Source of the DNA: Takakia lepidozioides
Taxonomy: Eukaryota; Plantae; Bryophyta
Direction of reading: 5' to 3'
Assembly (NCBI GenBank): GCA_030704615.1
Contig: CM060732.1
Span: forward strand, 74,276,001-74,340,000
DNA length: 64,000 nt
Positions within the stretch are counted from its first letter, which is position 1. Each line of letters opens with the position of its first letter. The notes below the pieces were generated by a model that had not been told where the DNA came from, made no database searches, and saw only the letters and a program-made list of their open reading frames with translations. Shown piece after piece: positions 13,346-24,714 of this stretch. A program made the translations under genes and the position numbers.

Positions 13346-16300
13346 GGGGGGCAGCTAGGTCATGAGCCCAGCCCCATGAGCCTGGGAGCTGGGCTCACGT
13401 TTTAGGCACTAAGCATGAGCCCAAGGGTCAGGGTCTATTAGAAACATCACCTATTCCCGAGGACCACGGAACAGGGGCCTATTCCCGTTGGAATTGACAA
13501 CATCTTGAACTACACAACGCAATATGAGAATGCAGGAGCACTTTTGCGACATGAACGACAGCACAATCCATGCATATGCAATGAAAGGAGATGACCACGC
13601 AATACATGAGTTGCATAGGACCGGCATAGGAGTGAGTGATTGAATGAAGACATGCACTGAATTACAAGTATGTTATTGCTTCATTGTTACTCAATTTCCA
13701 CGCAAAGTATGACATGCAAACAAGCACCAAGGGGCATTGCACCTCCATGATTCTACTTAATCAGTCTCGGACCTGTCATGTTGCAGAAGAGTACAGACTT
13801 CATCAGGTGATAGCGTGGCCTGGTGAATATATTGGTCTCTTTTGGGGTCACAGCACATCATGCGCACAAAAATGAGTGCAGGTGCTTGCATGGAACCCAC
13901 GTCCCCTTCCTTCCCAGGCTGCCTTCACGCATGCAAAAAAAATCCGGACAAGTGCATTCCGGGCAGGTGCCAATCGTAACGTGATATGCCTTATCCTGAA
14001 GAAGCGAGCCCGAAGTGACCATTGTGTAGACACGGCCAAATCCAGCGGGGGGGGGGCTTCCATGGTAGATGTCACCCTTGCCTGCAAGATTCTGGCTAAC
14101 TCAACCTTGCAGTCGTGTTCCGCACCTGACTGCACACGCCGCACAGTCTTCCCATTCCTTTTGGTGGGGTGAGAATCAGCCAAAGGTGGGACCCCTGCAA
14201 ACGAAGTGAAAGTGGCCGATGCACGGCCAGTTGCATGAAGAATTGGACAGCGTGCTAGTCGGACTCTGTGGTCCTCCAACATGGCAATCTCCAGTGTTGA
14301 GAGGGAGGTTCCCGTCTTCACTGGCCAGACAGTTGGTGGGGGCCACTTCATTATCACGGACTCCCGCACGGCTCCCTTCACACAGATCTCAATATCATCG
14401 GGGCAGAACCAGAATTTATGAACTTTGGACTCTTTTGCCATATAAGGTCTAATCAAACTTGTGACTGCAGGAGCAAGAGTTCCACGAGAGCCTTTGCTGA
14501 TTTTGATTTTTCATTTTGCATAAGTTTTTTCCCGGATTGCAGTACATTTCACCTTCGAACCGCTCGGAGTACACTCGATGTGCCAGTCGCTATCATCACA
14601 GTCAGTCTCCTGCACAGGCGCAACCACATCCGAGGAACCACCTGGAACCGGCAAGGTGGCAAGCGATTGGGAGGGCTCCCATGAAGAAGGCGCTGCACCA
14701 AATGTCTCACCGCTTGAACCTCCCTGCATTGGAAACACCCGGGGCACGAAGAAATTCATTCTGTCGTGGCGACAGGAATCCCTATCTGCACCTGGAGGGG
14801 TGTCAAGTTTGTGTTTACATGTTCCAAACCTCTCATTGCCTTCCAAATGAGGAACCCTTGATTGCAGTGGAGATCCCACTGTGCACTTGTTGAGTGCCTA
14901 TGCCATCTTACTCGGATCACCTGATCTCTTGGCGGCCCTCAGCATCAATTCAGTGGTGTCTGGGCCTTTCCATCTTGCCCGTCCTCTTAGAAAATCTCGA
15001 TATCTGGTTTGTTGGCAAAGTGCTCGAACCATATCGTCCGTTGTGGCAGCATACAAATCCCTACCTGATTTTCGGACTGCCTTCCAGACATTGTACTGCA
15101 CCAATTCTGCCAAATTGCAGGATGGCATGTCCGCCATATCTTCAAGTGACATTTCCTGCAAAATAGCACCAAACAATGAATGTATGGAAGTGGAACTACT
15201 GCACAGAAGCAGAAGGTGAAGAATTGCAACAACAGCCATCCTTCAATGTGGTTGAAGAGAGCTCACCGTTGTCATGAAAGCTCCCCATTGTCTGTAGCGG
15301 AAATGCAAAAAGACAATCCAGTCATCCAATTCTTTCTGGAAGTCTTCACTTGCAGCCCCAGATGACACCCACCAAGCCCTGATCGCCGCGTACCTGCTAT
15401 CAGCCTTAGCCAGAGTTTTGCATTCTTGTACAGATGACAGAGCCTCCTATGCTCTGCTTGCAGATCAGGTCGTATGCACCTCTTTGTGTGCTTCTCCAAA
15501 GATTGTGTCCAGTGGAAAAGGCAAGTCCGCTCCCTGTTGGCCATAGGCACCTTCGGATCCCCCGAACCGAAAACTCGCCTAACCGCATTCCAGATTGTCT
15601 GCGCACTATCAGCCATGAACCCTGCGAAATTTGTGTCCGCAACACCATTGGCTCTCATGACAGATTTCAAGCAGTTCCACATTATCATTTGAGACTCCAT
15701 GTCCTCAGACTGCATGTCACATATGGCAATGGACATGAGGCGCTGATAAATTGGATCGTATACATGGCATGCCATGGTCGTCCAATTCTTTACTCGTTTG
15801 CAGTGGTCAAACATCAACCATGCCTTCGCCAAATCTCCACCAGGCTGCATGCGCTCGACAAGGGTGACACCGCTCCCCTGCCCAACTGTAGACATTTTGA
15901 ACAAATACATTTTACTCAATCCTTGTCCTGGGAATACACTGTCCTGAATGAAGTCGTACCGACTTTGACGTTTCAGGTCGAGAATGTTGTCCATGCAACC
16001 TCTGTTATCCAGACCCAATCTCAACGCATTCACCTGGTTCCGGATATTTGGAGAGTTAATAATGGAGAAGTGGTCCATCACTGCTTCAAGCGAACTCCCC
16101 TCCAGTTTCACACAGGACTGCTCATCCCCAGCCAGGATGTGTTTGACAAGAAATGTTTTGCTGGCGGCAAGCGCGATTGCAGACGGTTTTGCAGAGGGAG
16201 TGTTGTAGAATTCCTCCTTGAGAAGGGCCTTTGAAACGTCGATGCTTTCTCTACATCCCCCTTTCGACAGTGGATGCTCATGACTTCCAATATGTATGTA

Positions 16301-18040
16301 GGCACGGTCATCATCTTGCAGTGGTGTGTCACATTATACATACGGGCAGGGCACAGTGCTACACAGGATGGGGCCACCTTGCATTATATGCAGACGAAGG
16401 TGTTGTTGACTGGAGGGGCACGACCTGGCATGAAAGGATTGTCCGCAACACCCTCCCATTCAGTCTAATTTGAAGAGCTTTGGCCACGCCTCCCTGGGCA
16501 ATTGCTATTGAGGCACCGAACGTGACCGATGCAGACCGACCTCCGGAACAACAAAACATCGTCATTATGAATATTTGTAGTTTTCATTTTGCACCATGGG
16601 TGTCCATCGATCGTACTTCTTGTCCATTCCTTGCAAGAGACCCGCAAGCCCACCTGATAAGGTTGGTGGATCCAGTTCAAAACATAACATCCCCGTTGAA
16701 GGCCCCGGGCAAGTATTGAATCAATTAGCCGCAGCTCACTTTTCCTCCCACCAACGCCACAGAGAGCTTTGAGTTTCGGAATGACACTTCTGATCTCCTC
16801 AACGTCAGTGTCCCTTCCAAGAGTAGGTGCAGGGCCACCAGGAATCTCCGACACGTCGTCCTCCGAGGAAACAGACAACGTCACGAACGTCGTGGAGGGT
16901 GTTGCCTCATCCTTGACGACCACAAACCTTCGATCAAGAACAACAGAAGCCGCAGTGCCAGGTGTGACCATGGAGGCACCGGTCTCTTTTCTTTGAGCCC
17001 TATGCACCTAGTATCTACTGGCACAAACTTTCCATTCCTTACATACTCCCGATTTAGTAGGAAGGCAAAGGTGAGTCCGGGCCATACCACCGCCAGCATT
17101 ATAAATCTCTTCCAAAACATTGCATGTGCCGATTTTAAATTTGAATTGCGATGCGAGAACGTTTTCCCCAACCACAGCGAAGCCCTCGTCGTCCACGGAC
17201 GCACTCAAAGGAACACAGTGCTGGTCCACAGAGAAACAAGCTTCAGAATCCAAGGAGGAGGCCATTCATTTCTTGCAGGGACGAAGTGGCAACACACCAA
17301 TATTTGAAAAACAGGAAGTGGCTCAATGACACACTACACATAGTGCTTGTGTCTTGTCTCACAACAGTCGACCCCCTAAACTTGTTGAATTCCAATACAA
17401 GCATGTTCAACAGAGTTCATCCGGCCACATCCAATTCCAAATCAGACAAAGAGGAAACTGTGGAGAACAAGTCTATGATCCATGAAACCATGCATCAACC
17501 ATCAAAACATGGATTACACCATGGCGCCCGACCAGTGGAGAATTCAATGGATCGTTGCCGGCGTATTTACTCAAGGCCTCCCAACCACATCGGGAGCCTT
17601 GTACGAAATGTGGTGTGGCTTGCATGTCTTACAGCCATTGTCAAACACTGCATGGAATGATTTTGGACAAGTGCAATTTATTTCGCTCAAACAACCAAGG
17701 ATGTAGATGAATCGTATCGTTACGCAACATTAAATGGGGGCGGCCATGGAAACCCAACGAAGCCATTGGATTCTAAGTTTGAAGGCCAATGCCATTTCCC
17801 ATTCATTGTCCGCCCTGTTAAAGAAAAAAAATATGCCTTTGAATTTTCAAGAGTATCCCGGGAATGGTTTTATGGAGGCGGCCTCCTTACTTTTGTCAGA
17901 TCGTTACTACCCACACCCCAATGCATGAATAGCCATCGAAGTATGCCCCTGCCGCCGGTGCCGATAATTGCACTGCCACCCTTCCAAATGCTTCTGGAAT
18001 TACAGTGGGACACGTGGATGAACGGACTTTCGCCGTGTGG
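13346..18040 (-). mobile_element. Mutator-like (MULE) DNA transposon with decayed transposase (coding remnant ~17265-13790)
   Basis: Terminus ggggggcagcta...gagcccagcccc at 13346. Frameshifted minus-strand ORFs with a Cys/His N-terminal region (SVCIGHVRCLNSNCP, CPARMY), MULE-type DDE core (MFDH, FMADSAQ, CLFHW = CxxH, NLAE) and a C-terminal SWIM finger (CPECTCPDF...WVPCKH). Right terminus not found. Confidence 0.7.
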
Positions 18041-18890
18041 ATGAGCTCAACACATATCCTCTCATGACCCCATTCATTTGCCAATAGTTTGCATAGCAAG
18101 TGAAACTGTTGTTTGTAAACCGTCAAACTAGAGAGCTTGAGAGGCAGAGAGGAGAGTGTTTGATTACAGAGGAAAAAGAGAAGGAAGTCATTGTACTTCA
18201 CAAGCAGTAAGGAACGGCCTGTGCTGACTCGTGGAGGCACTGGTGGACTGCCTAAGGACTAGCATGTGGTCTTGAAGGCCGAATTTTGAAGCTCGTGGAG
18301 GGCGGTTTGAGAAGTATCTTCATGATATTCCCATGGTCATGTAAGTGAGGGAAGAGAGGAGAGGAAGAGTGTTGGGATGAGGGCATGCTGGGGTTAGGCA
18401 TTGCTTTAGCTTCTCTTCCTCGTAGTTTCCACCGTCTCATTAGGCCAAGACCTTTCCGTAGGTGGAGGCAAGAGTCAGTCCGGGTTTGGGCTGGGGTGTC
18501 CTTGCAGGAGCAACACCGTGGAGTTGTTTTTGGTGTGGGGGAGTTGTCGTTCTGATTTCTTGTGTTTGGATCCCCTCCATACCTGCATGCTTGACTGTGC
18601 GCCATGCTAGTTTTGTGTGGGCGCTTGTTTTTATAGGTGATTGGTCCGGATTTGATCACCGGCCAGTCCTAGAGCATGCTGTCGATGGTGAGGCTGGGGT
18701 GATGACCAGCCAGACCATAATTGTTTCTCCTGTGGTGAGGTTGGAGGTGATGACCAGCCAACCATAGGAGTGTTTGCGGTGGATGCAGGTACAAGTGTAG
18801 GCTATGTTAGGAATTTAGTATTCCAAACCATAAGCCGCAACAGGTTCTCTACCCGGTTACCTTGTGGAGAGGGGGTTAGGGACATGTTCA
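18040..18890 (+). repeat. Putative 5' LTR/leader of the DNMT-carrying gypsy element
   Basis: Non-coding, purine-rich block directly upstream of gag, ending ...gacatgttCA at 18890. No partner LTR found, so boundaries are approximate. Confidence 0.3.
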
Positions 18891-21789
18891 TGACCGGTTG
18901 AGTGTCAACACGGAGGTGCCACTAGTTGCTGGGGACAGTGCCGGTTCGAGCACTAGCGATACTAGTGGGTACACGAGACGAGGTGTGCGTTTAGGCCACC
19001 TTCACCTCCTGTGTCTTCTACGGAAGGTTCTGATTCGGATTGTGAATCAGGAGGACTCATACCGGCGGTGCAAGTTGTTTCTTTGCCATTGTTGTGGGAC
19101 ACAATGGAGGAGATGTATGGAGCTACCAAGGGGCCACGAAGGTACTCTAGGGCGGTGGGCACCATCGAGTTGGAAGATTTTATCCAAGAGTTTGATAGTT
19201 GGTGTGATTTGCAGCAAATGCGCAATCCACAACTATTTACGCCTTTCATGGCATAGAAGGGGCTGTTTCAGCACCTTGAGGGGCCGCCTATGGATGATTA
19301 CCATGAGTTCAGGCGGGGGCATGAGGTTGAGATCGAGGAGTGGAGGATGTACTGGTCACCCGACTATGTCTCCATCACTAGGGGCACTAGAGCCACGAGG
19401 GCAGTGGCTACACTTGCCGCTGCACCGGCAGCTTCAACAAGTAGCAGTGGGACTGGTGGTACAGTAGCTACGACGTCCACCCAAGCCACTACTGCACCAG
19501 CACTAGCACCCGTGCCTGCCTTCAACCCTGTTGTGGAGTTCTTCGAAGAGTTGAGAGGGAACTACTAAGGGGTGAGGACAGAGAAGTTGCGGAGCTTGCA
19601 AGAGTTCCAACGGAAGCCGACCGAGAGCTTGGGAGGCTTTCACTCGCATGAGGCCCTTGATAAATGTAACCCAAGGGGTTACGGAAGCTCAGGCAGTCCA
19701 ATTCTGGTATGGGATATTGGACAAGGAACTGAGGAGAAGGGTGCGGGATGCAACTCTCCTACAAGCGTCCTTAGCAAATGTGTTTTTGCTGGCAGAGCAT
19801 ATAGAGCTCAACATGGTGGAGGAACGAGTGGTCACGGTGGGATTTTCTAGGGAGACACCACGTGGTAGTGGTGCTCCTAGCCAACCACTACCTCAACGTG
19901 CTCAAGGCAACAAGGGGGCTCAGGTGAAGCTCAGGGAAGGGCAGAGAGGACCTCAGATGCAGGGGTCTCTCCCTTCATTTGCTGGCCAACAACGGGCGGA
20001 TGTGGTGTGCTGGACATATGGAGGACCCCATGTCAAGAAGGATTGCCCAGAGGGAGGCAAAGGGCCGGCACATGCATAGCCTGCACAGTTGCAGGGTGGG
20101 CATTGTGGCAAGCACGGGCATGGAGAGGCCCAGTGTTATGGTTTGCATCCTGAGTTGCGCCCAGGCCAGTTCCAAGGGAACAATGGTGGCCGGGGGCGAG
20201 GTGGAGCAGCCCAAAGAGGACGAGGTGGCCAGCCACAAGGTGCAGGCCAAGGGCAAGCTCAACATGGCCAAGGACGCGGAGGTCAAGGTGTTGACCAAGG
20301 CATGGCCAACCGGCTTCAGCAGCTAGAGCAGAGGCTTGCTGCCATGGCTATAGCTCAGGTGGTACCGGCTCTAAGGCCGGATGGTCCACCTCCTGCTCCT
20401 GAGGGAGGAGATATGGGAGGCATGGGATTCATGTGTGGAGCAGCACTACCACTAGTGCAGGTGGAGTCTGCTGCAGCCGTGACTTGAGGAGCAGCACGAG
20501 TTCCTGAGCCACGAGGTGAAGAGGTGGAGTTGGATCCACAGCGTGGGGAGGCAAGCCGTCAGGCTAGGCTTCCTCAGTCATTCACATTGGCGGAGACAGT
20601 GTCGACGCCATCCATGGCACCTAGTTCTCGCTCGACTGTTACCGAGGCGGAGGTTACTATGCCATTGGGGAGAGCTACACGGGTAGCACCACTACCTAGT
20701 GTCGCCAAGGCTACGGCAGCTAGTGTGCTGCTAGGAGCGGCCACATCTGTGTGCGAGGCTCCATTGTTCTCGGCTACCATGATTGCAACGCCGGGGGTAA
20801 GACCAGCTGAGGTGTTCAGGCTGGCAGCTACACTCTGTGAGAGTGAGGAGGTTACTTCATCTTCTGCGGAGATACTAGGAGGTGTAGTGCCGGAGGGATC
20901 CTCGGATTTGAGGGTCAAGACTGCCACGGCGGCGCCATGGCAAGCTGCAGCTGCCAGCTAGGCCAGCCATTGAGCGCGCCATGGTGACACCTGGAGTTGT
21001 CATGTTAGACAACCAGGATGGCATTTTCTATTTGAGTGGACCGGCAGGCAAGAGGTACCGGCCACTGCGGGTCTTGTTGGACTCGGGAGTTCAGCCACTG
21101 ATGCTAGGCAGAGCTGCTATTGCAGGCTTGGGCCTCACGGAGGCGGATATGGAGCCTTGTCCTTTCCAGATACACGTCTCTGGGAGGATCGGAGCAAGCT
21201 CGGAGCATGACACGGCGTGAGTTGGCTATCAGACTACGGCCGGATCACCCTACAGATGGCTCAGTGATGCGAGCCAAGGCCATTGTGATAGACGCGGTCT
21301 CATATGATGTCCTGGTTGGTGGGGCAGTGTTGTACCCCATGGGCTTCACCCTAGATTTTTGGGAGGAGTCAGCTTCCTATAGGCCTGCATGGCAGTCAGG
21401 GGAGGGCCGGCGTGTGTAGCTCCCTGTGACGTTCATAGGAGGAGTTGCGGTTGCCCAGCGAGGCAAGATGCCGACACTAACAACATTCACAGTGGCAGTG
21501 AGTTGGCCTAGAGAGTTGCTTGAGGGCAACGCTCATTCAGAGGATGTACCACCTCCGGGAGAGCAGGATGACATGTATGGTATGGCGGAGTTGCCTACCA
21601 TGGTTGCTCAGACTCCATTGTGGGGCACGAGCAAGGATTTGCAGCGGGATGCTGATCGACGGGTGCAACAAGCCTGGGTGGAGGCTTTTGTACCGTCATG
21701 AGAGGAGGAGAGTGCGGGGATTGTACCAGGACCACCTCAATTGTCTCCATTGGACACCACACCTATTGTGTGGCAGTATCCGGATGAAG

Positions 21790-22760
21790 GCATTTGTCTT
21801 CTGGACTTGTTTGGCGGGATCAGCACCGGATTGGCTGCTGTGTTACAGGCAGGTGTACGAGTTTGGCGTTACCTGTATGTGGAGAGGGATGAGACTGCAC
21901 GACGCGTTTTACTTCGCCATGTTGCTCAGTTGGTGCAGCGGTACCCTGAGTTGTTGTCAGTGTCTGCAATTCGTGGATATCAGCAGGCCTTGCCAGCAGA
22001 CCTTTCGTTGCTCGGGGCGTAGGATTTGGAACGGGTTGGCTCCATTGATCTGGTAGTGGCAGGTTGGCCCTGCCAAGGGCATTCATCAGCCGGGCATGGC
22101 AATGGATTGCGAGACTCGAGGTCGGGTCTGTTTTGGGAGATGGAGCAGGTTTTGCGCCACTTGCAGCTTCATTAAGCTGTATCTCCAGCATACATCTTGG
22201 AGAATGTGCCACTGATGAGCGATTCTCGGGCCAGGGTGATGGCCAATGTGCATCAAGTCCGGTCGTGGCTTGGGTCAGCAGTGTTGCTAGATGCAGCTAC
22301 AGTGGGGTCACGGGCTCATCGTCCACGGCTATGGTGGACTAACTTGATGCCACCCGCACTACTCAAGCGTGCATTTGATGGGATGCAGCGGCCAGCACAT
22401 CTCACAGTGGATAACATTCTAGACACATGGAGGCAGTCTCAGCGTGTGAGACACGATGACCGTTCGCCTTTGGCAGTGGTCAACAAGGTGGGTCAACCAC
22501 GAGCAGCATTACCTACACTGCTCAGCTTCCCAGGATCGCATGCTTTTCGGGATAGTGGACCTGGCCTCCTGTGGGATGCTCAGTTGCAGTAGTTAGTGGA
22601 GCCTAATGCTGACGAGCGTGAGTGGGCAATGGGTTTTACCACTGGTACCACGGCGGTGTCGTCCCTTTCTGAGGCATCACGTCGTCAAGTGTTGGGGCAA
22701 GCAATGGATCTCAATTGCTTGACCTGGATTATCAGCTTGGCTCTGGCTGAGCAACGCAGA
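21790..22760 (+). pseudogene. C5 cytosine DNA methyltransferase domain (DNMT3-like) within the retrotransposon polyprotein
   Basis: One reading frame contains motif I LDLFGGI (21801), motif II-like YVERD, motif IV DLVVAGWPCQ (PC at 22068-22073), SGLFWE, motif VI ILENV (22200), motif VIII AHRPRLWWTN (~22315) and motifs IX/X EREWAMGF...SRRQVLGQAMD. Only three nonsense codons interrupt it (22020 TAG, 22173 TAA, 22590 TAG). Confidence 0.9.
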
Positions 22761-24714
22761 GTGCAGAGTACACTTTCCTCAATGGTCTCTCTGCCTATCG
22801 AGACGGTACAGGCAGTGAGTGGGGGCGAGCATGTGAGGACCACGGGGTGTATGCATCCATGGCACACGTGGGAGGTGCTCGAGGTTCAGAGGGAGTTGGC
22901 AGCCAAGGTGGCTATGATGGATGAGGTTGGGGATTCTTCTCGGGTTGAGGAGGTCCTCAAGGATGAGATGATGGGGTAGGATGAGGCCTTGTCATTGACT
23001 GAGCAGGCAGGGAGTACTGCTCAAGAGGTTGCAACATAGCAACCACTGGACGCGTCCTCTACCTCTAAGCCCACTGGACTTAAGGTTGCAGTTACGGAGG
23101 ACAATTGGGAGCTTGACATTGGACCCATTGTCACGGAGGAGAGAGACGACGTATACGGCGGTTCCTGAGGGCTTACAGGAATTGCTTTGCCTTCAGTTTG
23201 AAGGACTTGGGAGCACTGAAGGGTCAAGAGATCCATATTGAGTTGGCCACTGACACGCCAATCTTTTGGAGACCCTATAGATACAGTGACATGGAGAGGT
23301 CTTTAATTCAGATGAGGACTCAAGATCTCTGGGAGGCAGGTTTGGTGGAGCTCTCTGGTGGAGAGTATGCTTCAGCCACAGTGATGCCAGCCAAGAAGGA
23401 TGTCTATGGCAATTGGACGGAGAGACGTATGTGCGGTGATTACCGGCCTGTAAATCGTCAGACCAAGTCCGATAAGTATGCCATGCCAACACCAGAGGAG
23501 ATCTTTGATGCCATCGGGCATGCTAAGGCCTTTAGCACTTTGGATTTACGATCCGGATATCACCAGTTGCCAATCAAGGAGGCGGACAAGCAGAAGACGA
23601 CATTCTGGGGGATCAATGAGCATGGCAAGGATTGTCTATATCAGTGGCGGTTCTTACCATTTGGGCTTAAGAATGCTCCTGCAGAGTTTCAGAGAGTCAT
23701 GGATAGGATTCTAGCAGGGGTGGACTTTGCTTGGTGCTACATAGATGACATCATCATCTTTAGTGTTACGATGGAGGAGCATGAGAGACACCTTCAGGTG
23801 GTATTGGAGCGCTTGAGAGCGCACGGATTGAATTTGTATCCGGGGAAGTGCAAATTTTTCCACAACCAGATTGAGTATCTGGGTCACATGATATATCCTG
23901 GAGGATTGGGGGTACAGCAGACTAAGGTAGAGGCCATTGCACAAAATTCCACGCCCCACGGATGTGAGCCGAGTTCGAGCTTTCATAGGGTTGGCAAACT
24001 ATTATAGACGGTTTGTCAAGGGATTTAGTACCATTGCAAAGGCTCTAACCAAGCTGACAAGGTGGACCCAGGAGTGGCAGTGGGAAGATGAGCAGGAACG
24101 AGCTTTTCAAGAGCTCAAGGCGAGGTTGACCTCGGCGCTTATCCTTAGACGACCTATCAGGGGGCGTCCCTTTCAGTTGCATACGGATTGGAGCATGTTG
24201 GGGCTTGGAGCGGTGCTCACACAGGTGGATGATGAGGGAAGAGAGTTCGTAGTGGCTTATGCTAGCCGCTCGAACAACGCTGCAAATGCTAAGTACAGCT
24301 CATATGAGGGAGAGTGCTTAGCTGCAGTGTGGGCCGTGGCACACTTCAGGTGCTATCTATACGACAATCTTTTCACCCTTGTCACGGATCACCAGCCACT
24401 CAAGTGGTTGATGGAGTCAGACAAGCTTACGGGGAAGCTTGCACGGTGGGCACTCATACTCCAGGAGTATGACTTTCAGGTTGTGCATCGACCAGGTTTG
24501 GTCAATCGGGATGCGGATGGATTGAGTCGCAATCCTTGCATGAGCCAGCAGGATGACACAGGAGCTCGGTGGCATGGTGAGACGGACGAGGAGATGGTGC
24601 CGGGATGGCACGCATCTGCATTTTTGTGTATCTTGGCATCGGGAGGTCAGGTTGGACCTACAACAGGGATGACTGTAGACGGAGTGTCTGAGGACCCTGA
24701 GGCTAGTGCTTACG

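Noticed and set aside
15434-16234. 266-aa + strand ORF
   Set aside because: It is the antisense shadow of the MULE transposase and has no recognisable motifs.
21790-22760. Host DNMT3/DRM gene or bacterial restriction-modification contaminant
   Set aside because: The domain is intronless, in frame with the retroelement protease, shows the same decay pattern as gag-pol, and has no UBA/PWWP domain or nuclease partner.
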